The notes: generated by a model from the letters alone, not told the origin. DNA of 64,000 nt from Octopus sinensis (GCF_006345805.1 NW_021836835.1:1-64000), one strand, 5' to 3'; positions 38,091 through 51,924 are shown, numbered from the stretch's first letter. Program-made: numbers and translations.

Positions 38091-38994
38091 CAAGATAACG
38101 CTAGCTTTTTGACTTGTCTCGTTGAAATCTCATTTACTCTCGATCTAGATTGATTGATCGATCATTTCAGTCGTTTATAAAGTCGAAACGAAAGGAAGTA
38201 CTTTGTTTTCATAAACAACCACGAATTTATCAGGTTGTTTATTGGATCGAGTTCGCATTTCCCTCTCTCTCTCTCTCCTGGCGGTTGATACAATTTATTG
38301 CAAGTGTTATATGTTAAAGAGCCCATAGTCTGTTGCTCCACCAATAGAAATGACTAAACGTAGAGGGGACAAACAAGGACAGACAAAGGGATTAAGTTGA
38401 TTACATCGACCCCAGTGACGCGACCCCGAAAGGATGAAAGGCAAAGTCGACCTCGGCGGAATTTGAACTCAGAACGTAACGGCAGACGAAATATCTATTT
38501 CTATTAATTTGCTACCCAGAAGGGGCTAAACACAGAGAGGACAAACAAGGACAGACAAACGGATTAAGTCGATTATATCGACCCCAGTGCGTAACTGGTA
38601 CTTATTTAACCGACCCCGAAAGGATGAAAGGCAAAGTCGACCTCGGCGGAATTTGAACACAGAACGTAGCAGCAGACGAAATACCGCTAAGCATTTCGCC
38701 CGGCGTGCTAACGGTTCTGCCAGCTCGCCGCCTGACAGATAAATTTCCCTTAAACTACAAACGATTTTAGAAAGAAAAGGACATACAGGCCAACGTGTTT
38801 CTGGGTCCCGTGCGCATAAGAATTTTGATGGGATGGTCGTAGCCGGAAAAAACATATTGAACATAGGTTTAATCATTTAGGACTGACATCAGCCCACAAC
38901 CAAAGAGTTTCCACGCATTGACAATCCGACCAATGTATATGTCCATATATATTATCCATTGGATTCTTCCGCTTTGAAGACCCTGGATGTAGAT

Positions 38995-39343
38995 CAATGG
39001 TTCTCAACTGGGGTTCATTTGGCTCCTGAGGGTACATATAAGATTTTTGAGGGTCCACGCAGCATGGTAGTAAATTGGGGACACGCAATATTTTAAGGGC
39101 CCCTGAAAAAAATTTTGCTTTAGATGTATGTATTGGTATGTATAGCAAGAAACAGCTAGAATTCTTTCTCTAACATTTTACATAGTTGAACCTTCACAAG
39201 TTAATGTGTTCAAAACGAAATAGGAATTTTGAAATCAGTTTCTATAAAACTAGTTTTTAGACATCGAATGGTTATGGAGTCCACCAGAATAAAATAGTAA
39301 TCAAAGGGACCTATAGATAAAAAAAGATTGTTGAAAATTCCTG
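38995..39343. mobile_element. Putative hAT-like MITE (degenerate)
   Basis: Left end caatggttctcaac and right end gttgaaaattcctg resemble CAGTGGTTCTCAAC-type hAT termini. No clear 8-bp TSD. Confidence 0.4.
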
Positions 39344-40926
39344 GTTTCGGTTGAAATTTGGTCGTTATTTCCAACAGGGACCATGTTTACGCTCCTTCAT
39401 TTTGTGAGTTATAGCAGTAACAGCCGTTCTTGGTAATAACGTTGTTATTGTTTAGTCCCAGATCAGACCTGATTAAACAAATCTATGGCCAACGTTATTT
39501 CCATCGATGACCATCCCTAACCAACATGCTCTTATCGTAGACAGCAGAAGATGATTTGGTTGATACATATTCAGATTTTTGAAATTGTCTAAAGAATATT
39601 TACTTAAATTTCTTAATATAGAATCTGGATGTCAAATGGTAGTAGACATTAAAACCTCTGGAACACTAATAGTCTATTTTACCCTACCTCTCTAACCTCA
39701 ACATACTAGCTTTTTGCTATACTGCATTCAAATATATCTGGGCTGAGTTCCTCAGAATAGGAATAGGTTTATTCGTTTTGACATTTGTTCTACCCCTTCC
39801 GATATCTATAAATAGAAAAGTTCTTTGTCTCCATCCAACCCAAAATAAAATCCCCCTCCCCAATGACAGATCTAAATAACAAAGGGAAAAAATCTACAGT
39901 CAGAGAGTAAATTTACTACTATCATGTTCTTAAGAATGAAATCAACCTCTCTGTCTGCATATCTACCTTCTTTATAATGTGGGCAAACGAAATAGAGATA
40001 AAAATGTTCATTGTCCGTTTGATTGGAAAATTTATATAGTGGGCAGCTAGATAACTATATATATATTAATTATATATAATCACTTGTCTCAGTCATTGGA
40101 TTGTGGTTTTGCTGGGGCTCCATCTTGAAGGGTTTAGCTGGACTAATCTTTCCAAGTACTTAATTAACCTTGGTACTTATTCTGACGTTCCCTTCCACCG
40201 ATCCAGTGAGTTAGTGTCGTAAAGAAATCAACACTGGTTGCCAGATAACACAATCACGCACATGCATAGGACGGGCTGCTTATGGTGTTTGCCTTACACA
40301 TTCACTCACAAGGCATGGTTAACTTGGTACCATAGTGAAAAACGTTTGTCCTTCAGCAGGATGGAATCGGAAACAATGTGTCTGTGAATCGGTCTCCTTA
40401 CCACACTGTCCCGGATACTTAAAAATGTTATCATCGGTCCCTAAACGATGCAAGACGAAGCTGATGTCGACGGAACTTGTTCTTGGAGGCCGACGAACTA
40501 AAATGATTATCGCAGGACATTCTGTTCGTTGTACTGGTGACGGTATTAATTCTTTGCCATAAAAGGATTAGTAATCGCTTTGACCAATCGGCCACCAGTA
40601 CAACACGACTTCTGTCAGAATAAAGCAATGTACACATCTTTTTTTTCTCTTCTTAAAAAGAAAAAAATGCTCAGTGTATGTGAGAAAAAGCCAAACGCTT
40701 AACTGAATGAAACATTAAACTAATTGGTTTGCAAGGAATCGTTTGATATGTGAAAGTAAAATAAAGGAAAAAGGAAAAAAAAATGTGAGCCGAAGACATT
40801 GCGAAAATAGTCATTATCTTAAGTAACGTAATAGTAATTACGAAGTAGTAGTAGTAGTAATAATGAGACTGATGGTGATACTACAACTACAACTAGTAGT
40901 AGTGGTAGTAATAATACTACTACTAC

Positions 40927-40969
<43 letters not shown>

Positions 40970-41882
40970 CCATGAAAAACATAGAAAGACTTAAAAACTG
41001 GACGTGTATTTAGTGTATTTAGCTCGTCTAAAATGGTAAACGTTAGAAATAATTGCAGTGATACGTTGACGAATTTAATTTGTAAAGAATGAAGGTGGGA
41101 AAAAGTAAAGGAGATAATGTGTGTGTGTGTGTATGCGTGTATGTTCGGGTGTGTTCATGTGTGTGTTCATGTGTGTGTGTGTATGAAATCTGGGAGTGAT
41201 TGTCGAAAAGTGCATTAGATTTTTTTTGATTTTTGGTAATCACTAAAAGTAAAGCAATCAAGCGTAACTAGTAATTAAAGGAATTTCAGGAGTTTAAGTG
41301 CCATAGCTAATGCTAAACACAGAATTGAATTCGAAAGTAATAATAATCGAAGGCTAAAACCAAATGAGGGGCTATTTTCATATCAGGCTGGGAAAGGAGA
41401 AGAAATGCTAAATTACTAGCAGCAGGAATCTGCAGTAAAGAATTACATTATCTCGATAGGAGAAGGCGTGGCTGTGTGGTAAGAAGTTTGCTTCTAAATC
41501 ATGTGGTTCCATGTTCAGTTCTACTGAGTGCCACCTTGGGGGAAGTTTCTTCTATAACCTCGAGCTGATGAAAGCATTGTGAGCGGATTTGATAAGCGGA
41601 AACTGAAAGAAGCCTCTCGTATATAGAGATATATATGTGTGTGTGCGTCTATGCGCCTGTTTGTCCCCCCACCGTCGCTTGACAACCGGTGTTTGTGTGT
41701 TTATGTTCTTGTAACTTAGTAGCTCGGTAACAGAGCAATTTTTAAAATTAGTCAATGGCGTGGGGGTGGGGGGCGATTTGTTCGTCTAAAACCCTTCAAT
41801 GCGGTGCCCCAACATGGCCGCAGTCAGATGACTGAAACAAGGAAACGAAAAGATTGAAAGGGAGGAAATATTTGAAGAAATA

Positions 41883-42319
41883 TTGGGTTGGTGCATAATT
41901 ATTGCGGCTTTTTTTTTTGTTTTCAACAAATTTTATTCAAGAAAAAAACAATAACAATATTTAATAAACACATCTTTAAATGACGGTCTGACTGTCTGCC
42001 AAGCAAATGGGAAATAGTAATTGAAGTAGATGGTGAATATGCTCCGGAATAATCATTTAAAGATGTTTTTGTTACATATTATCGTTTTTGTTGAATATTA
42101 CTCCCTTTTACTCTTTACTCTTTTACTTGTTTCAGTCATTTGACTGCGGCCATGCTGGAGCACCGCCTTTTAGTCGAGCAAATTGACTCCGGGACTTATT
42201 CTTTGTAAGCCCAGTACTTATTCTATCGGTTTCTTTTGCTGAACCGCTAAGTGACGGGGACGTAAACACAACAGCATCGGTTGTCAAGCAATGCTAGGGG
42301 GACAAACACAGACACACAA

Positions 42320-42374
<55 letters not shown>

Positions 42375-42602
42375 ATATATATATATATACATATATACGA
42401 CAGGCTTCTTTCAGTTTCCGTCTACCAAATCCACTCATAAGGATTTGGTCGGCCTGAGGCTTTAGTAGAAGACACTTGCCCAAGATGCCACGCAGTGGGA
42501 CTGAACCCGGAACCATGTGGCTGGTTAGCAAGCCACTTACCATACAGCCACTCCTGAATATTATTGAAAAAAAAAAACAAGTCGCAATAATTATGCACCA
42601 AC
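41883..42602 (+). mobile_element. Mariner-derived MITE interrupted by a SINE
   Basis: Left TIR TA-ttgggttggtgcataattattgcggctt and right TIR aagtcgcaataattatgcaccaac. Residual transposase C-terminus KWEIVIEVDGEYAPE*. Confidence 0.75.
42101..42554 (-). mobile_element. Full-length family-B SINE with TSD, nested in the mariner MITE
   Basis: Flanked by tgaatatta at 42092-42100 and 42555-42563; 3' tail of (GAGTAAA)-like repeats. Confidence 0.85.
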
Positions 42603-42839
42603 TAGAAATAAGGTGGGTGCGGGGAAACAAGATGGTTGTGAATCTAAAGCAAAAGCTAGCCAGAGTCCAAACAAACGCCGTCCAGAGTAACAAAGGAATT
42701 CTTTAAAAGGTTAGATTCTAGTTTGACGTCCCAAACAGTCCAATACACAAGGAAAGCAAATACGTTGCATTATGAGAATTAAACGGATTCTTCTAATCGG
42801 GTCAAAAGTGTTTCCATTGGAAATTAATCACGGCTGCCA

Positions 42840-43300
42840 CAAGCTGAAGTGTATCAGGTTTCTTATAATCTTAGGAATGTCACGTCAGCTTCATGCTTTC
42901 GAGAAGGAATCGGGGCTGCCGGGGCGGCGGCGGCGGCGGCAGAGGCGGCCAATTGGAAATCGTTTCGCTCTAATATCCTCTTATGTGCTCCCCTCTCTCT
43001 CTTTCTCACCCTTCAGTATCTCCTGCATCCCCTCCTCTCTCTGTTCATCTTCCCTCCGTCTTGCTTCTCCCGCTCTCTCCTTCCTCTCTCTCTCTCTCTC
43101 TATTCAATTTCCCTCTTTCTTCAAACTCCCTCTCTTCCCTTCCACCTCCCTTACTCTCCCTTATCCTCCCTCTCTTTCCCTCAGCTTCCTACTCCCTCTC
43201 TCCCGCTTCTCTCTCTTCCTCCTCCCTCTCGCACCCTTTCACTTTCTCTACGATTCAGCCAATTTGAGTTTGCAAGCAGGATCGTGGTTAGCCAATCATA
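42840..43300. promoter_or_regulatory. GC/CpG-enriched promoter-like patch
   Basis: GTCACGTCA (CRE-like), GGGGCGG and a (GGC)n run, three CCAAT boxes (ggccaatt, cagccaatt, tagccaatc) and a long CT tract, in otherwise AT-rich, CpG-poor DNA. Confidence 0.35.
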
Positions 43301-44530
43301 TCGCGTCCCTTCCTCCAGAAACAGGAAACGGTCAAACGAAGATCGAGCAAGATTCTCTCATAGAAACACTAATAATTTATTGGAACCCTCTAAGAACGAA
43401 GTGAGGCGCCGTACGGCATGGAATAGACACCATTAAGGCAGTGGACATCTTAATAGTGATCCTTGGAGGCCAGAAACTGCAGTTGGCGGTATCGGAGGGA
43501 AGGCTTGGATTCTTCTACTGTGGAAACGTTAATCATCTCCAATCTTTCTAATCTCAACAAATGCCGGATGAAAGAAGTTCTCAATACTGCTAGCACCACA
43601 ACATCGACACCACCATCAGCAGCAGCCACCCCAAATACAATAGATGCAATTAATTCTAATACTTTTGGATATTCTGCGTGAATTTGTATAGTAATTAGTC
43701 ATTTTCTCTGCTGCCAAATTGCCAACTCGAACCCACAGTCTTTACATTTGTTCACTGCACTGCAACAACTCATACTACTCAGTTTTATTGACATTTTATT
43801 TATCTATACTATTTCACCTATCTATATGGTAAAAAAAAAACGTCTTGTTCCGCTTGTATCCACTTCAACAACACCTAGAAATATATTCCTCCCACCATCT
43901 CAGAAACGCTAAAGCATGACTTTTAACAAATTTACGTTTATCTCACCACTTGGTAAAAAAAAGTATCACATACTTAATTCGCACGTGTTACCAACGCACA
44001 AGCACAAACAACATAGCAATCAATATGGAACGACAGCTCCGAAACTGTGAAAATAATTGTCATATGTGTGAAAGCAATTCGTGATAATGCCAAATAATTA
44101 TCAAGAATGGAGGCGGGATCAGCCCATACAAGGAAGACATTTTATCAAATTCCAGATGTTTAAGACAACACTGGGAAGTTCAGTTAGACATTAGACACAA
44201 CAACAACAATAAAATAATATTGGAACTAAGGTTAAATGCTGATAACTGTTTTATCTCATTGCGATAGTTACACTACATTATTTCACAAAAAAAATGGCGT
44301 GTGACGATGATAAAATTATAATTCGATTACTCATTCTGAGATATTGATTGGAATTATATAAGTGTATTTTTCTCCAAATATTTGGAGATAGAAGCAAGGT
44401 ACTGAAATATTTTCTGATATTAATTTATGGCAACGGAGAGAAAGAAAGCGAGAGAGACAGAGAGGGGGGCAGAGGGAAATAGAGAGAAACGGACAGATAT
44501 AGATAGATAGATAGATAGATAGATATATAG

Positions 44531-44582
<52 letters not shown>

Positions 44583-46240
44583 AGACAGACAGACAGACAG
44601 ACAGACAGAGACAGACAGAGACAGACAGAGGGAGAGAGATTATATCGATGACAATATAATATATTAATATATATTGATGACGATGAAGATGGCCAAGTGT
44701 TGGCGAAAGTGTAAAACAATTTCAGAGTAGAATATTAAGAAAATACGTTTCTGGATTTACGCTATTCTGAGAAGCCAGCTCTTAGTTATTTCATGCCTCA
44801 TAACTTGTTTCTATATATACCGATAATATTTGGTGGTCTTTCGATACATGGTTGTCAAAGACAAATCAATGTTGTTGAAGTTGCTCTTGTTAGTATTGGT
44901 TTCGAGGCGAATCCCGATGAAGCAGACCAACTTTGACCGACCGTATTTTTAGACTGAATCTGCATCGACAATATTAATGTGTTCTTCTCTTCAATAAGAC
45001 GGTATGGTGGAACTGAACAAAGATTTGGTTACCGTTTTTAGCATGTCAGTCCATGCATATATACTGCCGAAGAAATCCTCTCCACCACCACCACCACCAC
45101 CATCATCATCCTCATCATCATCATCATCAATACCTTCATCGTTATACAAGTTTCACTCGAAATAGAAAATAAGGGTGAATAGGGAAGCTTTAACTTCCAG
45201 CAAATCGACTGAAAGGTGGACGAGAGTGACGCACACGGCCCAAGTGAAGATGTCTCATAGCTTGAATTCCGTTTAGAATTTGTTGAATATTCATTGTCAC
45301 AGAACAATAATAAAACGCAAACTAAATTCTGAAACAGAAAAGTGAAAACGAATGATAAAAGGATGAAGCAGAATGGTGATTCTGGTTCCACAACCGTCTT
45401 TGATGGTGTTTATAGAAATAGTAATTCCTCTTGCTTATGGCTGCAGTCTGAATCAGTGTCATGTGAAAAGGAAGATGCAGAAAGTAGAGCCAACCTCTAA
45501 ATTGGTTGAAACGAGAGAAAATAGGAAAGTAGTAGTAAAGGTTATTGAATGACTGAATAATATATAGCTTTCAATGAAATTTGCATAGAATTAATATTAT
45601 AAACCCTCCAGCTACAGTTGTAGTGTTCAGACGCTCTTAATGTTCAAGTACTTTTAAGAAGTCAGTTTGTTGCTAATATGAAATTTTCCTGAATCTTAAA
45701 GAAATGGCTCCAGAATGGGAAAGATCAAAAATAGTTTCAAATTTTGACACGAAGCCATCAATTCTGAGGGCGGGGGAAAGTCGATTATCTCGACCCCAGT
45801 GTTCAAAGGGTACTTATTTTATCGACATCGAAGAGATGAAAGGCAAAGTCGATCTCGGTAGAAATTGAACTCAGAACGTAAAAACGGACGAAATCTGACT
45901 AAGCATTTTGCCCGGCGGCTAACGATTCTGCCAGCTCACCACCTAGGACGGATAAATAATGAATAAAATGAAACATGACGTATTGAATTAGAGGAAAAAA
46001 AACTCTTGGAATGTGTTCTGTGTCTTCGTTGGTGCCTGATTTGATTCGCCTTTTGCTGTCCGAGCAAGTAATTAAATTGAAATATTGAAGCCAGGGAATT
46101 GAGCAGAAATGACATTTTTCATATTTTGTAAGTTTGTGTATCAATGATGGGCAAGGCTGATGCTGCGTAGATAAAGAGTGCTCGCTGTCATGTATGGCTG
46201 TATTAACAAATGTTTCTAAATGAGAACTTCCTTGTAAGGA

Positions 46241-46310
46241 AATGACGTCATTGAACTCATGAAGAACGTTGCGTCACTGGAGTATAATGTTTGCTTCCAC
46301 TTCACGTAGT
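46241..46310. promoter_or_regulatory. Cluster of bZIP/CRE-type sites
   Basis: Perfect 12-bp palindrome AATGACGTCATT (46241-46252, CRE core TGACGTCA), TTGCGTCA (46269-46276) and TCACGTAG (~46302). Confidence 0.4.
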
Positions 46311-46402
46311 TTCTCACTGCTTTTGCAGATTCCCTTGACTTTCTGTCGCCATTCACTCTCATTATTATGAATTTGAATTGGAAGCTTGCATCATAGTGAA
46401 TA

Positions 46403-46498
46403 CGGCGGTACATATTCTAAAATTGGAACGTTACAGAGAAGATTAGCATGGCCCCTGCGCAAGGACAGCAGCAAATCCGTGAAGCATTCCGTATTTTT
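46403..46498 (+). pseudogene. U6: Degenerate U6 snRNA copy lacking about 10 nt at the 5' end
   Basis: cggcggtacatattctaaaattggaacgttacagagaagattagcatggcccctgcgcaaggacagcagcaaatccgtgaagcattccgtattttt aligns to canonical U6. The ACAGAGA box and AGC triad are intact and the terminal T run is present. The 5' arm of the 5' stem is missing and the ISL 3' side is altered. Confidence 0.88.
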
Positions 46499-46799
46499 CC
46501 CATAGGCGCAGGAGTGTTTTTTCATTTCTTCGTTATAATACTTTTTAATCAGTTATGTTGTTTTGATATCCTGTTTTTATAATGAACATCTGTTCATAAT
46601 AATTATTGCTTCACCCGTCTCATCTTCTTTAAGATAATTTACTGGTCAATTTTCAGTGGCAGTAGAGCCACTTTTTTACGAAGGATTCTTTACATTTATG
46701 AGTCCCAGATGGAAATTTATACATCGTGTCAATCTATCGACCTAAGTGTTTGTCACTTCCTCCAAAAAGGGTGAAGTTGGACATATTTCTGCTAATTAA

Positions 46800-47190
46800 G
46801 GCACCATTGCCAAAACCAGAACATTAATTAAACAATACTCAGACTACATTAAGGATAAAGAAATGGACTTTTTATGCAGTTTCAAAATTACAGAAAGCGA
46901 TTTCTGTGACTTGACTATGATCCATGAAAATAAAGCTCAGAAATACAGTTAGAAATGAACAATGCAGATTTTACGACCAAGCGATCTCAAATTAAGACCA
47001 GAAATTATAGGAACACAATCTCCAATACAATGCCAGAACCACCTTTTACAACTGTTTCCCAAACCGTTGTTCCCAATCACATCCAATTACACACAGGAAG
47101 ATACATATTGCCTTACACTCATCCCATCGACTGTCATAGACGGAACTGTCCAAACAAGCTCCGACGTTAGTAACCACTATTCATGCATGT
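46800..47190 (+). mobile_element. Penelope-like element RT, N-terminal fragment
   Basis: FYAVSKLQK...LKLRPEIIGTQSPIQ...FPKPL...SDVSNHY resembles the PLE FY.LPKIHK...LRPII....SP...L.P....DV.SLY motifs. Confidence 0.6.
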
Positions 47191-47320
47191 AAAATATACA
47201 TTTACATACCTGTGCGTAATTATCTATGTATGTTTGTATATGTGCGCATCTATGTATTTGTAAACATGTGTATATGCATCTCAGAGTGTGTGCATATATG
47301 GTCTTGCACCTATGTATTCT

Positions 47321-47360
<40 letters not shown>

Positions 47361-49636
47361 CTTCTGTGTATCTGTAAATGTGTCCATACGTGCATATATA
47401 CGTAAATGTTTGCGCGTTTAAAAGTCTGCTGTTAGTTTTAATTTGCTGAAGACAAATTAATTAGGAACCAAGCCAAACATCACAAACCATATTAATCCGA
47501 AACTTAGTGAGGTGATAATCCCCTGTGGGCTGCGATTGAATATCCGTCTAGTGGTGGAGGCTATGGATATCGCATGTTTAATATACAATGGGATGTTTTA
47601 AGGTAGATGAGCAAGCAGAATCGTAAGCACGTCGGGTAAAATGCATAGTGGCATTTTGTCCGTCTTTACGTTCTGAGTTCAAATTTTCTCGAGGTTGACT
47701 TTGCCTTTCATCCTCTCGGGATCGATAAAATAAGTACCAGTTTAGCACTGGGACCGATATAATTCACTTACCCCCCCCCCTAAAACTTGCTGGCTTTGTG
47801 CCAAAATTTGAAGCCTATATACATGGAGCCTATCAACATATAACAACCCTATATAAGGGGGTTTGTTATAAGTATCATTGAACACATTCACCCACACATG
47901 CACGGACGCGTAAACATAAGCATATACACCAACCATCACATGCTCACACATACACTCCCGCATAAGGCTGACACGGATGTATCAACGTAGTCGTTCAACC
48001 GAGTTAGATACAGTGGTCGAATTCCTCTCCTATTTCTCTCGTATGGCATTTAGCCCGGGTCAAACTTGAACGATCAGGCCTATGACAAAAAGCATTTGAT
48101 CGAAGTGTATCATGTCTAGTTGGTGCTTCGTCGGTCTACATCTGTCCTCTCATCAGCGCTGGTTAGCTGATGCTGCTGCACCCGCGATCCATAACACTCC
48201 ACTGATGACTTATCTTCAAGTAATACGAATCATTGACTTCATCATTCAATACGTCCTGTTTTGTTAGAATATGAGGAATGAAGTGGGGGGTATTTGTCTG
48301 TTAATTCGAGGTGACAGGGGTACGACAGGGGTACGACAGAGTCAAAGGCTAAATTCCTCGTTTCGTGAACAAACGTTGTCAACAACAGAAGTTAGAAGGC
48401 AGAGATGAATGCTCTGAAAGATGAGAGGAAAGCGAAAAGAAAAATAGGGTTAAGGAGAGGTTGGGTAAAGGTATAAAGAAAGAAATAGAGATAAGAAAAA
48501 GAATGAAAAATAAAAAGAAACAAACAAACATAAGTAAATGCAAGGCATGAAAGAGTTAAAACAGAGTCAACTGTACTTTTATGGTTGGTCGCTGATATTT
48601 TGACTCAGAAATAAGCTATATAATATAGCACAATAAAATATAATTTGCTAATAGACATATTTGATTTATATACAATTAGTTTTTTATGACCAATTTTTTA
48701 TGATGTTTCATAAAAAATAAAAAGCTGAAATAGGTAATGCAATTTCTCACTTTTTTGAGTGACAACGCAGTGGAAAGTTGTGAAGAATTTTTTATTAGTT
48801 TAGTCGAGGGAAGAAGAAAAAGACGTTGGCTAAGACCTTTATCGCGGGTTCCAAGACTGGTTGCGGGGAGGAGAGTGTTCTCGAACAGTAAGCTCGGTTT
48901 GAATACTTGCCACCAGGGGTCTCAACTACCGGGCTAAGGACCAGCACTGAACCGAGGATTATTTGGAACTTGACCGCACAGAAAGAATAAATTTTTTAAT
49001 TCTATTTCTATTTTATTCCCTACCGTAATCTACTGAGTATCTTTTATATAATACATGTAGAATATATACGTAACATATATGTGCACTATATATGTAATAT
49101 ATATTAGTATTATATAAAGAATAAATTACATATCATGCATTTTATTGTGTACTATTATGGGCATCTAGTATTTATACAATCTAGTATTGTATAAAACTGC
49201 TCTGTAATCCACAAAAGGACGACTGTTCAGAAGGACACCTATGTGTGTGTGCTTGTATGTCTGTGTGCATTTGTACGAGCGAGTGAACGTGCGCCACACT
49301 ACATGTGTGTGTGGGCGTTTATACATCCATATATACTAAAGACTGTATCGTATACTTTGCTCGCTGATTTGGGTATCTGTTTATTTTTTTTATCTGATAT
49401 TAATTAAGGATCTTCTAAAGTATGTAGCTGTACACCTTCATTTTGGCATTTATATATACGAAGACCGAGAAGAAATCTTGAGAGACTGTATCTTTTATCG
49501 AGATAAGTCTTGAAATCACATGAGGAGGAGACAATCTACAACGAAGGATACACCTAAACCAGATGATCAGTATCTCAACCTGGATGCTATTATATTATAT
49601 ATATATATAGTATATATATATATATAATATACATAC

Positions 49637-49669
<33 letters not shown>

Positions 49670-49687
49670 TATATATACATATACATA

Positions 49688-49745
<58 letters not shown>

Positions 49746-51652
49746 TATATATATATGCTATACATAAAAGTACGTATAGACATGTACATGTATATAATGT
49801 TATAAAGGTATGTATATGTATGTGAAAAGAATGAGAACGGGTCGAATAAAGGTAAATATTTTTCATGTATCTGTTGTAAAACGGTATTTTGCCACTGTTG
49901 TATCTGTGTTTGACGACGGTTGTCGCTCTCACAGACATTGTTAGATTCAGAAGACGACGACGGAATTGTTCTATCTGGCACTGTGCCACCTCTTGTCGTA
50001 CAGTGTTACAACCTTCACATGCTTGGATCGTTATAACGTCCTCTCAGTATCAGTATAATTACTATATCAGCTCAGACACGACTATAAGCAAAGTCTACAC
50101 GCACTCTCGATCTTCTTGACCTTCTTCTCTCGACTGGCTACTGGTGTATTTATAATGGCTGGCTACTACCACTTTTACTGGGAAGGGTGTACAGTTTCAC
50201 TATACAAACATATATATATAATATATATATTTAATATATATATATATATATATTACATTAAATAAGAAAATGCAAATATTCAGATGATTAACATTCTAGT
50301 ATAAATATACATAGATGTATGTACTAACAGGCAAACTTACTCAGATTACATAGAATAAAGATTACAAGACTAAAGAGGGGAAAGATATAGTCTTATAAGT
50401 CCGACAGTTGTTTCTAGTGGCTCGAGGTTACTCCACAATGTTGGCGGATGTAGTTTATCAAAGATTTGCAGCTAGCGTTAAATATACCATCATGTTTAAC
50501 CCATTCATGTACAGTTATATTCAACGCTGTTTAGTGAATTTGTACTTTATTCCAGGTCTAGACTATTCGCACATCAATCAACAATTGTACCGTTTGCTTT
50601 TCTATTCTGAGAGCAACCAGATCTTAGCGGCCATGACAGACGGTATACATAGCTGATGAAGTGAAAATGCATGTGTTCAAAGGTTCGGTAATGCCATTGA
50701 TGGACTATTGATGTGTTTATACCCATATTGTCAAAAAGAAGAGTTTCTTCTCTCGAGACAATTTTTGCAGCGCGCTGTATTTGTATTTTCGAATGTACAC
50801 AAATATATCAAATATAACTTCACATAACTATATTCCGTGTAGCATTGTTTATTGTGCATCTAACAAATCTAATATGTTTCACCTTACATTTATTGAAAGA
50901 TATTTCGAAGTGTTTTTATGGAAGCAATGTTTGATTCTGCACACGTAAATACAATATCATGGACAGTTCATATGCGAAGGATGAAGCCATAAACTTATCA
51001 TTATTAAACTACGTATCACAATGTTAACTTCTTATAAATCAATTATGTAGTTCTTACTATTTTGCTCAAATAAATTGGCGCACAAGATGCGGAACTCGGA
51101 TTTCTGCTTGTAGTAGCGAGATTCACCACGTGGGTGGCGCGTTGCATATTTGGTTTTGTTGTTATCCTCTTTGACAGGTAAATGAAAGTTTACTAACATT
51201 CCTTTTATCTCTCTCACGAAATTTTTCATTTAGACAATTAAAAATTGTTTCTTAAACGTAACACATTCATTAAACAATATACGATATGATAACTAATTAT
51301 AGGTACGTGATATTTCGTAATACAACCATAATATACGATAAAGTACGATAAACGTTTTTATAAGTCAACGCAACGTTCGTACTCCGTTGCCAGCGCGGTT
51401 TTACATTATTTCGATCTTCACCTTTTGACCGACGGATTTAGAAAAATAATTTTGGTAACTAAACACTTTCAAACTTCGGACACTGGTAGAATGTGTCATA
51501 TAAAATATCTTTTACTCTTAGCGTTTTTGAGAAAAGCTTATGTTTAGAACCGCTAAGTTACGGCGACGTAAACACACAAGCATCGATTGTCGAGTGATGT
51601 TCGGGGACAAACACAGACACACACAAACACACACACACACACACACATATAC

Positions 51653-51695
<43 letters not shown>

Positions 51696-51882
51696 TATAC
51701 GACGGGCTTCTTTCAGTTCCGCCTACGAAATCCACTCACAAGGCTTTGGTCAACCCGAGGCTATAGTAGAAGATACTTGCCCAAGGTGCCACACAGTAGG
51801 GACTGAACCCGAAACAATGCGGTTGGTAAGCAAGCTACTTACTACACAGCCACTCCTACGCCTATATAAGAAATGTGTATGC

Positions 51883-51924
<42 letters not shown>

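Noticed and set aside
40535-40605. 12-bp inverted repeat gttgtactggtg/caccagtacaac as a pre-miRNA
   Set aside because: Inner pairing is irregular and the loop region too large; no match to miRNAs I know.
45038-45391. ORF resembling a prepro-neuropeptide (hydrophobic start, KR, CASLSSTFQSIC)
   Set aside because: It starts at GTG, the 'signal peptide' is the translation of a pyrimidine tract ending in an AG acceptor-like site, and it runs into a (GAT)n repeat. No convincing family match.
46216-46413. Minus-strand 65-aa ORF
   Set aside because: It starts inside the antisense of the U6 copy, has no recognisable homology or splice signals, and is better explained as non-coding regulatory DNA.
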